DNA from: Hemiscyllium ocellatum
Taxonomy: Eukaryota
DNA: 64,000 nucleotides
Direction: 5' to 3'
Assembly: GCF_020745735.1 (NCBI RefSeq)
Contig: NC_083433.1
Span: forward strand, 6,335,363 to 6,399,362
Part shown: positions 13,001 through 34,495 of the stretch, piece by piece
Position numbering within the stretch: position 1 is the stretch's first letter
Layout of the letters: the number at the start of each line of letters is the position of its first letter
Position numbers and translations under genes: made by a program
The notes under the pieces: generated by a model
Told to the model about the DNA's origin: nothing
The model's database searches: none
The model's input: only the letters and a program-made list of their open reading frames with translations

Positions 13001-13779
13001 CTATCAATGAAATCATTAAAAGGTGGCAGCTTTGTCAACAGCCAAACTGAAGCTGATAACATCCATCCTCCACATTAAATGGTCAGCATAAATCAAGATG
13101 CACACAGGGAACTACCACCTCCAAACATAACCAAATCCCTGGTAGCATTATTACTTGGAGCGTCAGTTCTAGTATCAATATTCAGAGCCTAGTCAAGCCT
13201 GCAAAATGGACTCATGTTTGCAGACTGGGAGCCACACCGGCGCAAAGCCCCACACCTTGAATTTGTACTTCTGCAGAAGAATAACATCTTAGATGGGAAA
13301 TATTATCTTCCCCCATACCCCCAACGAAGAGTACTGCCCCCTTTATCTCAGTTCAACTTGTTAAAAGCCTTATGATCAAATATTCAGAGCTACTTTGTGT
13401 CCCCCTTATTCTATTGTGGGACATGAGCATCCCAAGCAAGATCACCATTAGTCAGCCAGTAGATTTCCCTTACACTAAGAAATTACCACATTGCCCTGCA
13501 TATGACTGCATGTGCAGTGCAGGCTATATCAAGGGGGAGCTGATTTCCTGCAAGTTTACAAAAATTGGAACAGATTGCTGCAAATGCTACTTGGGTCCTG
13601 TAGGTTTATTAGGACCAGCTGCCCTCCATATGAGGGAATTGCTACTCTTGTCCACATGGGTTAAGGTAGGCACTGCTGCATTTCCTGATATAGATCTTAG
13701 TTAGGAGCCAAGCAGACTAGAGACACTGATGCCAATCAAAAAGCAGTATCCTTTTATCTAATGTTCCAGACTGGAGAAT

Positions 13780-14272
13780 AAGAGAAACTTTCTCAGCTTG
13801 GGAAACTGCTGTAGAGCAATCAAGTATTGTGTATCCAAGAATAGTTGAAGGTATTGTATAAGATATTCAACTTTTATATTCTTGTAAAGGGGTAGGTTTA
13901 CATGATTTAAATCATAACCTAAGCAATAAAACAAATTGCTGGAACACAGTCTGGTCTGACAACATCTGTTGTGAGAAAGTAATTATATTTCAAGTCTAGT
14001 GACTCTTAACTGATTCACTCCAGATGCTGCCAAACCCAAGTTTTCCTTCCTGATTTCCAGGAACTAGTTTTTGGCTTCTTTATAAAGACCCCTAAGCATT
14101 GGTTTTCCAGCAATTTGTTTAATACTTAGGTTATTATTTAGTAGATGCAAAACTCTTTATAAGAATATAAAAGTTGAATATCTTATACAATACTCTACCT
14201 TTGACTGTTCTTGGGTAGACAACACTGGATTGCTCTACAGCAGTTTCCCCAAGCTGAGAAACAGTTCCTCTT
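13780..14272. repeat. Imperfect inverted repeat (about 165-bp arms) downstream of copy 1
   Basis: 13780-13945 is the reverse complement of 14103-14272, for example ttgtataagatattcaacttttatattctt / aagaatataaaagttgaatatcttatacaa. Confidence 0.85.
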
Positions 14273-14516
14273 GTATTCAGTTGGTGTCAGTTGATTAGAT
14301 TGGGAGGAGATTTCAAACTATTAACTAGAGGGTGTTGCTGCAAAATACCCTGTGAGCACTGGCAGATAGTGAGCATTCCTTACTAGCCAAAAAGCTTAAG
14401 CAGTTGTGGAATTTCCAATGAAAATTGCTCACATACTCCAAATCCCCCTCCACAGACCAGAATAAAACTGAGCAAATTACTGGGACAAGCATTGAAACAA
14501 AGTTGAGAAAAAAGGA

Positions 14517-14522
14517 TTTAAT
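14517..14522 (-). terminator. Poly(A) signal ATTAAA, copy 1
   Basis: About 160 nt after the stop and followed by a T/GT-rich tract. The same hexamer is at 24447-24452, 31749-31754 and 39829-39834, with the variant ACTAAA at 54081-54086. Confidence 0.6.
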
Positions 14523-14679
14523 GATCAGATGTTAAACAGCAAAACCCCAAGAACCAAATGAAGCTAAGAAATTACAGTACTCAGTTCCATGGTGAACACT
14601 AATTTTGTGCAAAGTACAACCAAAGTCATCCACTAGAATGAAGTCACCATGTCCAACAAATGGAGTTCTTGAATCCCAC

Positions 14680-19646
<4,967 letters not shown>

Positions 19647-19699
19647 CTTCACTATTCCTGCTCACTGTCACCCAGACAACTCCAGACCTGAACCACCCT

Positions 19700-19930
19700 C
19701 CCTCAAGCTCTTGTATTTACCCTGCTGGGACACTCTGCACTCAACCAGAGAGAGGGAGCACCAATGATGATTGACAATCTCTGACAGCCAATCAGGAATC
19801 ACCAATGAATGTACACCCCAATGAGAGAGAGGTGTGTGTGTGTGTTATCAGAGCAGTAGATTAGAGTCAGGTCTGGATGATTATTCTGTGATTGGAACAG
19901 CAGGAGGTCACTCAGTAGTATCTCAATCAG
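19700..19930 (-). promoter_or_regulatory. Putative proximal promoter of ferritin copy 1
   Basis: TATA-like GTAAATA about 70 nt upstream of the ATG (19714-19720). TGCACTC MRE core at 19736-19742. CCAAT boxes on the plus strand at 19761, 19788 (AGCCAATCAG), 19802 and 19818. The block is conserved upstream of copies 1-6. Confidence 0.6.
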
Positions 19931-21149
19931 GTCACGGTGAGTTTGCGTCCTTTTAAAGAAATGGGTTTGGATGAGGAAAGGTTTTCAAGTTTTCTTTTAA
20001 AATAAAGTTTGTTGTGACCAACTTCAAGAGGTGCTCAATGAAGAAAGAGAGTCAGTTTCTCAGCCTGTTGTTGGAAATGGGAGAGAAAGGTGGGAGATTG
20101 GTGCTAGGACAAGGCAATTGTGACAGGAGCAGATGGGGCAGAGACTGGAAAATGTTCTCAATGACCAGAGATTTCAGAATGGGGTAGGTCACAGTCTACT
20201 GACACTGGGTAAACTGCTTAGGACTGAGATGAGGAGAAATGTCTTCACCCAGAGAGTGGGGAACCTGTGGCATTCTCTGTAACAGAAAGTGGTTGAGGCC
20301 AAATATTGAATGTTTTCAAGAAGGAGTTAGATATAGCTCTTAGGGCTAAAGTGATCAAATTTATGGGGAAGGTGTAGGAAGATGGTACTGAGTTAGATGA
20401 TCAGGCACAATCATATGGAATAGTGGAGCAGGCTGGGAGGGCTGAATGCCTCACTCCTACTCATTTTTTCTATAATTCTATGTTTCAATAACCTGGGTAG
20501 TAAGGGTCTTGTGGCACAGGGGTAGTGTCCCTCTGTCTGGGTCAGGAGGTCTAGGTACAAGAACCTATCTGTTCCAGAGGTGTCTGACAATATCTCTGGA
20601 CAGGTTCATGAGGAAATAACCAGAGCTGATGCAGGCCCAGTGGACTGAATGGCCTCCCCCTGTGCCATAACAATTCTGTGATTCTGTGGTTGATCTGCAT
20701 CTGACCAGCGATTCCCTGCCTCTGTCTCCTGACTGACCTTTCTGTGGATTGTCACCTCTCTGTGATGGAGAGCCTCGAGTGTCCCATTGAGTCTGAGAGT
20801 GATACTTCAAGAGATTTCCACCTCCTGACAGGACCACGCAGGACGGTAAGGTCAGAGAGAAGGATCTCGATAAAGTGTAGTGCAAAACAAGTCCTCAACG
20901 GCCATCCATCCAGGCAGAAGGTATTTGTCTGCTATCCACGAGGGTGGGTAAAGGCTACATCAGGAGGGAAATCCCCAGCCGACATTTCCTTGCCATTTGA
21001 GCTGGACCTACCTTCTGTAAAGGATCGTGTCTGTGCTGATGTCCAACAGCATTCCCATGCTTAACGATGCTCTGTACACAGTGTCTACCTAGAGGATTCT
21101 AACCCCCTCCCCAAACACATTGTCCACCCTGGAAAGTCAGTCAGAGGAT

Positions 21150-21900
21150 TTTACAGAAGGAGGTCATTCAGCCCTCCCCCATGTCTGTACTCCCTCCGAA
21201 AAGAGCTACCCAGCTAGTCCCAGTCTCTAGCCCTCTCTCCATAGCCCTCTAACTTCATCCCTTTCATGTATATATCCAGCTCTCTGTTGAAACCTCCTAT
21301 GGAATCCACCTCCCCCACTCTCCCAGGCAGCGCAGTCCAAATCCTAGCAACTCTCCGAGTTAAGAAATTTCTCTTCACCTCACTCTGAGCTCTCTTGCTG
21401 ACTAATTGTGACCCCTAGTAACTGGCATACCAACTGGTGAAAGCAGAACATCCTCCTTCACCCTGTCAAAATTGCTCATAATTTTGAACACCTCAATAAG
21501 GTCACCTCTTAATCTTCTCTGCTCCAAGGAGAATAAGCCCAATTCCTTTAATCTTTGCTTGTATCTAAAATACCTCACTCCTAATATCATTCTCGTAAAT
21601 CTCTTTTGCACTTTCTCCAGGGCGTTAATATCATTCATGATTCATGAATAAGATGTGCAGAACTGAACACAATATTGCAAATGTGGTCTGACCAATGATT
21701 TGTAAAAGTGAGGCATCATTCCCCTGTTTTGATGCCTCTCTTTTTAAAAACTTAAGGATCCTATAAGCCGCCTTAATGACTGTTTCATCTTCCCTGGCCA
21801 CCTTCAGAGAGTCATTTACTTGAACCCGAAGGTCCCTCTGCCCCTGTACTCCCCTCAGTTGTTCCATCTGAACCTGCATTGACTCTCATACCAAATGCAT
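21150..21900 (-). mobile_element. Old CR1 3' fragment duplicated in most spacers
   Basis: ALEKVQKRFTRMI...LEQRRLRGDLIEVFKI. Homologues are at about 11070-11480, 28460-29220, 35720-36880, 51300-51900 and 58500-60250. Confidence 0.8.
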
Positions 21901-24613
21901 TACATTGCATTTCTCTGCATTGAGATTCGGAAATAATTGCCAACATCAAATCTTGCTCTGTAAAAATGTAATATTAGTTTTCAAATCTTCAATTAGTTTT
22001 GTGTGCATTCACTATCCTTCCTGTGAAAAAGCTGTCCCTAACATTAGCCTGAACAGTTTAGATCTACTGTGAAGATTCTAATCCCATTCCATATCCTCAG
22101 TTCTATTTGACCCATTGTGAAGAAACAGTTCCTCTCTATCTACTCTGTCAAATCCATTTATCACCAAAAACATTTCAATTACACTCACCCCTTAACTTTC
22201 TACCCTGGGGAATGTGGACAAACTGTTGATATCATTTAACCAGCTCTTTATCTCTGAGTTCATTCAGATAATCTAGGATGCCCCATTGGCCACAGAAAAT
22301 GTCACCATTTATAAAACACTGTGAATTGTCTTTCTTGGTCAGAAGTGAATAACTTTACACTGCCCCTCAGTGTCCTGTATCTGTCAGTCTTGCCCATTCC
22401 ATTAAACTTTGCAAGGTTCTACTTTCATACTAATGTGCCACCTGATGGAAATTGTCATTTTATTGATGACCCTTCATTCCTTCATCTAGAACATTGATAA
22501 ATCTCATGAAAAGTGGTGTTTGGGATGACGGTGCTGTTGGCTGGGCCAGCATTTATTGCCCATCCTTAATTACTCTTGTCAAGGTGGTAGTGGTGATTTG
22601 TCTTTGTGAATCGCTGCTGTTGTCCATTTGGTGGAGGTAAATCCTATTAGGAAGGGAATCCAGGATTTTGACTCAGCAACAGGGGAAGGATAGTGACATA
22701 ATTCCAAGTCAAAATGGCGAGTCACTCAGAAACTTGCAGGGGATGGATTTACCATGGATCTGCAGCCCTTGTCCTTCTAGCTAGAAGTGGTCATGGTATT
22801 GAAATGTGTTATCTAAAAGAGCTTTGGTCAATTTCTACAGCACTTGGTAGAGGGTACACCTTGCAGTTGCTAAGTGTCAGTGGGTAGAGGGAATGAATGT
22901 TGGTGGTTATTGTGCCACTCAAGTGGGCTGCTTTGAACTGGAGGGTGTCAAGATCCTTGTTGTTGTTAACACACTCTCCATTATCCTGACAGACACCCCT
23001 TTCCTGGAACCAATTCTCGACCCACATTTAGCATTTCCATTTTCCCATGATCATGTGATTCCCTGTCAATGACATCATTAAAGATGGCTCCTTTAGCTTT
23101 TCACAAAAGGAGGCAGAACATCCATCCTCCAAATTAAAGGATCAGCACAAATCAAGAGAATATAACCAAATCTAGAGTAGCCTTATCACATGGAGCCTGG
23201 TCAAGCCTGTAAAATGGACTCTGTTTGCACACTGGGAGGTTAAATTTCCATGCACTGCTCAGGCCAAAGTACATGTGTATTTTCAATCCCATTAGTAGTG
23301 AACAGGTGTAAAGTACTAGAGCTTAAGTTTGTACTGGACTTCTGCAGAAGAATACCTTACAGGGGAAATATTGTCTTTCCCCTCAGGCAAAACCCCTGCC
23401 CCATCTATCAATTCAAGCTGAGAAAAAAAAGTGAACAGTGCAGCCTTCAGAAGACCTTAGACCAATTATTAACTGAGTTACTTGATATCCCCCTTATTCT
23501 AAAGGTCAGCTAGGAGCATCAGTATTAATCCAATGGATTTTCCTTGATCCACAACATTGCCAGATTGGCCTGTTTATGATTCTACACCCAATGTAGACCA
23601 TATTCAAAAGGAGAGCTGATTTCCAGTAAGTTAGAAGGAAAAAGTGGAACAGAATCCTGCAAATGCTACTTGGGTTCTAGAGCTTTCTTTGCACCAGCTG
23701 CCCTCCATGGGAGGCCTCTGGATTGCTAGAGCAGTAAAAAGGGAATTGCTACATTTGTCCCACATGAGTTAAGGTAGGCACTGTTATATTTCCTGATGTA
23801 GAAGATAGTTATTAGCCCAGTGGAGTAGACACACTGATGCTTATCAAAAGCAGATTCTTCATTCTCCAGCACAGAACGTGGAGAAGAGAGAAACCATTTC
23901 CCAACTTGGGAAACCATTATAGCAATCAAGTATTGCTTATCTAAGATAAGAGTCAAGAATAGTGAAGATTATGAACAAGATGTTTAACCTATATTCTTGT
24001 AAAGGGGTAGTTTTACATGATCCACTTAAGCATTAAGACAAATTGCTGGAAAACACTGACAGCAGCTGTTGCAAGAAAGTTAAAGTATTTCAAGTCCAGT
24101 GAATGTTAACTGACTTCATGCCGTAGATTCTGCCAAACCAATTTTCCCAGTTGTGGTTCCTCCTGATTTCCAGCAGCTAGTGGTTTTTTAAAAAACAATT
24201 TTACAAATACCTCTAGGAATGACTCAGTACACCAGTTTCAAACATTAGATTGAAACTTGTTCCCAATCAAGCTATTGCTACAAAATAGTTGATGAGCACA
24301 GGCAGATAGTGAGCATTGCTTACACGCAGGACAGCTTAAACATTTGTGGAATTTCCAATTATGAGTTACTCACTCAATCTCCCCACAGAATAAAACACGG
24401 AACAAGTTACTGGGACAAGAATTGAAACAAGGTTGAGAGAAAAGGATTTAATGATCAGATGTTAAACAGCAAAAGCCAAGAACCAAAATGAAGTTAAATA
24501 GTTAGAGTACTCAGTTCCATGGTGAAGAACACTTCAGTTGTGCCATGCACAAAATTAAGTCATCCACTAGAATAAAGTCACCATGTCCAACAAATGGAGT
24601 TCTTGAATCCCAC

Positions 24614-26947
<2,334 letters not shown>

Positions 26948-26989
26948 TCACTATCACCTAGACAACTCTAGAAATGAGTCTCTCCCGCA

Positions 26990-27220
26990 GCTCTTGTATT
27001 TATCCTCCTGGGACATCCTGCACTCAACCAGGGAAAGGTAGCACCAATGATGATTGACAATCCCTGACAGCCAATCAGAAATCAGCCATAAATGTACACC
27101 CCCAATGAGAGAGAGGGGGAGGGTGTGTTAACCAGAGCTGATCAGAGGTGTGGATTAGAGTCAGGTCTGGATGATTATTCTGTGATTGAAACAGCAGGAG
27201 GTCACTCAGCAGTATGTCAA
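26990..27220 (-). promoter_or_regulatory. Putative proximal promoter of ferritin copy 2
   Basis: GATAAATA TATA variant near 27000, TGCACTC at 27019-27025, CCAAT boxes, CACACCC on the minus strand near 27121-27127, and TGCTGAGTGA near 27202-27211. Confidence 0.6.
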
Positions 27221-30200
27221 TCAGGTCACGGTGAGTTTGTGTCTTTTTAAAAGAAATAGGTTTGCATGAGGAAATGTTTTCAAGTTTTCTTTTGAAATAA
27301 AGTTTGTTGTGACCAACTGCAAGAGGGGCTCAATGAAGAAAGGGAGTCAATTTCTCAGCTTGTTGTGTTGGAAATGGGAGAGAAAGGTGGGAGATTGGAG
27401 CTTGGACAAGTCAATTGTAATAGGAGCAGATGGGGCAGAGACTGGAAAATGTTCTCAATGATCAGAGATTTCAGAATGGGGGTGTGGGGTAGGTCACAGT
27501 CTATGACACTGGGTAAGCTGCTTAGGACTGAGATGAGGAGAAAGGTCTTCACCAAGAGAGTGGGGTGCCTGTGGAATTCTCTGTCATAGAAAGTGGTTGA
27601 GGCCAAATATTGAATGTTTTCAAGAAGAAGTTAGATATAGCTTTCAGAGCTAAAGGGATCAAAGTGTTGGATGGAGAATGGGAAGATGGTACTGAGTTAG
27701 ATGATCAGCCATAATCATAAGGAATGGCGGAAGTGTGAACAGCTGACTCCCATTCCTTTTTTCTCTAATTCTATATTTCAATTATCTGGGTAGTAAGGGT
27801 CTTGTGGCACAGGTGTAGTGTCCCTTTGTCTGTGCCAGGAGGTCTAGGTACAAGACCCTTTCTGTTCCAGAGGTGTCTGATAACATCTCTGGACAGGTTC
27901 ATGAGAAAACAACCAGAGATGCTGCATGCCCAATGGACTGAATTGCCTCCTCCTGTGCCATAACAATTCTGTGATTCTGTGGTTGATCTGCATCTGACCA
28001 GCGATTCCCTGCCTCTATCTTCTGACTGACCTTTCTGTGGATTGTCACCTCTCTGTGATGGAGAGCCTCGAGTGTCCCGTTGAGTCTGAGAGTGATATTT
28101 CAAGAGGTTTCCATCTCCTGACAGGACCACCTAGGACGGTAAGGTTGGAGGGGAGGATCCCGATAAAGTGCAATGCAAAACAATGCAAAACAAGATAGCC
28201 ATCCATCCAGGCAGAAGGTATTTGTCTGCTATCCACGAGGGTGGGTAAAGGCTACATCAGGAGGGAGATCCCCAGTTGACATTTCCTTGCCACTTGAGTT
28301 GGACCTTCCTTCAGTAAAGGATCGTGTCTGTGCTGATGTCCAACAGCATTCCCATGTTAAACAATGCTCTGTACACAGTGTCTACCTAGAGGATTCTAAC
28401 CCCCTTACCCTAACACATTGACTCTCCAGGGTGGACAGTTAGAGGATTTTACAGAAGGAAGCCATTCAGCACTCCCCCCCATGTCTGTACTCACTCTTAA
28501 AAGAGCTACCCAGCTAGTCCCAATCTCCAGCCCTCCCTCCATGGCCCTCTAACTTCATCCCTTTCATGTATATATCCAGCTCTCTGTTGAAACCGCCTAT
28601 GGAATCTACCTTCCCCACTCTCCCAGGCAGCGCAGTCCAAATCCTAACAACTCTCTGAGTTAAGATGTTTCTCTTCACCTCACTCTGAGCTCTCTTGCTG
28701 ACTAATTGTGACCCGTAGTAACTGGCATACCAACTGGTGAAAGCAGAACATCCTCCTTTACCCTGTCAAAATTGCTCATAATTTTGAACACCTCAATAAG
28801 GTCACCTCTTAATCTTCTCTATTACAAGGAGAATAAGCCCAATTCCTTTAATCTTTGCTTGTATCTAAAATACCTCACTCCTAATATCATTCTCGTAAAT
28901 CTCTTTTGCATTCTCTCCTGGGCGTTAATATCATTCATGATTCATGAATAAGATGTGCAGAACTGAACACAATATTGCAAATGTGGTCTGACCAATGATT
29001 TGTAAAAGTGAGGCATCATTCCCCTGCTTTGATGCCTCTCTTTTTAAAAACATAAGCATCCTATAAGCCGCCTTAATGATTGACTGACTGTTTCATCTTC
29101 CCTGGCCACCTTCAGAGAATCATTTACTTGAACCCGAAGGTTCCTCTGCCCCTGTACTCCCCTCAGTTGTTCCATTTGAACCTGCATTGACTCTCATACC
29201 AAGTGCATTACATTGCATTTCTCTGCATTGAGATTCAGAAATAACTGCCAATATCAAATGTTGCCCTGTAAAAATGTAATAATATTAGTTTTCAAATCTT
29301 CAATTAGTTTTGTGTGCACTCACTATCCTTCCTGTGAAAAAGCTGTCCCTAACATTAGCCTGAACAGTTTAGATCTACTGTGAAGATTCTAATCCCATTC
29401 CACATCCTCAGTTCTATTTGACCCATTGTGAAGAAACGGTTCCTCTCTATCTACTCTGTCAAATCCATTTATCACCAAAAACATTTCAATTACACTCACC
29501 CCTTAACTTTCTACCCTGGGGAATGTGGACAAACTGTTGATATCATTTAACCAGCTCTTTATCTCTGAGTTCATTCAGATAATCTAAGATGCCCCATTGG
29601 CCACAGAAAATGTCACCATTTATAAAACACTGTGAATTGTCTTTCTTGGTCAGAAGTGAATAACTTTACACTGCCCCTCAGTGTCCTGTATCTGCCAGTC
29701 TTGCCCATTCCATTAAACTTTGCAAGGTTCTACTTTCATACTAATGTGCCACCTGATGGAAATTGTCATTTTATTGATGACCCTTCATTCCTTCATCTAG
29801 AACATTGATAAATCTCATGAAAAGTGATGTTTGGGATGACGGTGCTGTTGGCTGGGCCAGCATTTATTGCCCATCCTTAATTGCTCTTGTCAAGGTGGTA
29901 GTGGTGATTTGTCTTTGTGAATCGCTGCTGTTGTCCATTTGGTGGAGGTAAATCCTATTAGGAAGGGAATCCAGGATTTTGACTCAGCAACAGGGAAAGA
30001 ACAGTGACATAATTCCAAGTCAAAATGGCGAGTCACTCAGAAACTTGCAGGGGATGGATTTACCATGGATCTGCAGCCCTTGTCCTTCTAGCTAGAAGTG
30101 GTCATGGTATTGAAACGTGTTATCTAAAAGAGCTTTGGTCAATTTCTACAGTATTTGGTAGAGGGTACACCTTGCAGTTGTTAAGTGTCAGTGGGTAGAG

Positions 30201-31915
30201 GGAATGAATGTTGGTGGTTATTGTGCCACTCGAGTGGGTTGCTTTGAACTGGAGGGTGTCAAGATCCTTGTTGTTGTTAGCACACTCTCCATTATCCTGA
30301 CGGACACCCCTTTCCTGGAACCAATTCTCTACCCACATTTAGCATTTCCATTTTCCCATGATCATGTGATTCCCTGTCAATGACATCATTAAAGATGGCT
30401 CCTTTAGCTTTTCACAAACTGAGGCAGAACATCCATCCTCCAAATTAAAGGATCAGCACAAATCAAGAGAATATAACCAAATCTAGAGTAGCCTTATCAC
30501 ATGGAGCCTGGTCAAGCCTGTAAAATGGACTGTTTGCACACTGGGAGGTTAAATTTCCATGCACTGCTCAGGCCAAAGTACATGTGTATTTTCAATCCCA
30601 TTAGTAGTGAACACGTGTAAAGTACCAGAGCTTAAGTTTGTACTGGACTTCTGCAGAAGAATATCTTACAGGGGAAATATTGTCTTTCCCCTCAGGCAAA
30701 ACCCCTGCCCCATCTATCTCAGTTCAAGCTGAGAAAAAAAAGTGAACAGTGCAGCCTTAGACCAATTATTAATTGAGTTACTTGATATCCCCCTTATTCT
30801 AAAAGGTCAGCTATGAGCATCAGTATTAATCCAATGGATTTTCCTTGATCCACAACATTGCCAGATTGGGTGTAGAATCATAAACAGGCCAATGTAGACC
30901 ATATTCAAAAGGAGAGCTGATTTCCAGTAAGTTAGAAGGAAAAAGTAGAACAGAATCCTGCAAATGCTACTTAGGTTCTAGAGCTTTCTTTGCACCAGCT
31001 ACCCTCCATGTGAGGCCTCTGGATTGCTAGAGCAGTAAAAAGGGAATTGCTACATTTGTCCCACATGAGTTAAGGTAGGCACTGTTATATTTCCTGATGT
31101 AGAAGATAGTTATTAGCCCAGTGGAGTAGAGACACTGATGCTTACCAAAAGCAGAATCTTCATTCTCCAGCACAGAACATGAAGAGAGAAACCATTTCCC
31201 AGCTTGGGAAACCATTATAGCAATCAAGTATTGCTTATCTAGGATAAGAGTCAAGAATAGTGAAGATTATGAACAAGATATTTAACCTATATTCTTGTAA
31301 AGGGGTAGTTTTACATGATCCACTTAAGCATTAAGACAAATTGCTGGAAAACACTAACTTTCTTGCAACAGCTGCTGTCAAAGTATTTCAAGTCCAGTGA
31401 ATGTTAACTGACTTCATGCTGTAAATTCTGCCAAACCAATTTTCCCAGTTGTGTTTCCTCCTATTTTCCAGCAGCTAGTGGTTTTTTCCAAAACCACAAT
31501 TTTACAAATACCTCTAGGAATGACTCAATACACCAGTTTCATCAAACATTAGATTGAAACCTGTTCCCAATCAAGCTATTGCTGCAAAATAGTTGCAGAG
31601 CACAGGCAGATTGTGAGCATTGCTTACCCGCAGGTCAGCTTAAACATGTGGAATTTCCAATTATGAGTTACTCACTCAATCTCCCCACAGAATAAAACAC
31701 GGAACAAGTTACTGGGACAAGAATTGAAACAAGGTTGAGAGAAAAGGATTTAATGATCAGATGTTAAACAGCAAAAGCCAAGAACCAAAATGAAGTTAAA
31801 TAGTTAGAGTACTCAGTTCCATGGTGAAGAACACTTCAGTTGTGCCATGCACAAAATTAAGTCATCCACTAGAATAAAGTCACCATGTCCAACAAATGGA
31901 GTTCTTGAATCCCAC

Positions 31916-34209
<2,294 letters not shown>

Positions 34210-34264
34210 CTTCACTATTCCTACTCACTATCACCTAGACAACTCTAGAAATGAGTCTCTCCCG

Positions 34265-34495
34265 CAGCTCTTGTATTTATCCTCCTGGGACATCCTGCAC
34301 TCAACCAGGGAAAGGTAGCACCAATGATGATTGACAATCCCTGACAGCCAATCAGGAATCAGCCATGAATGTACACCCCAATGAGAGAGAGGGGGAGGGT
34401 GTGTTAACCAGAGCTGATCAGAGGTGTGGATTAGTGTCAGGTCTGGATGATTATTCTGTGATTGAAAGAGCAGGAGGTCACTCTGCAGTATGTCA
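34265..34495 (-). promoter_or_regulatory. Putative proximal promoter of ferritin copy 3
   Basis: Same architecture as copy 2, with TGCACTC at 34296-34302. Confidence 0.55.

Noticed and set aside
19655-19680. CAGTGA in the copy 1 leader as a candidate IRE loop
   Set aside because: The flanking 5-mers (GGTGA / GCAGG) cannot pair, and the other copies have TAGTG.
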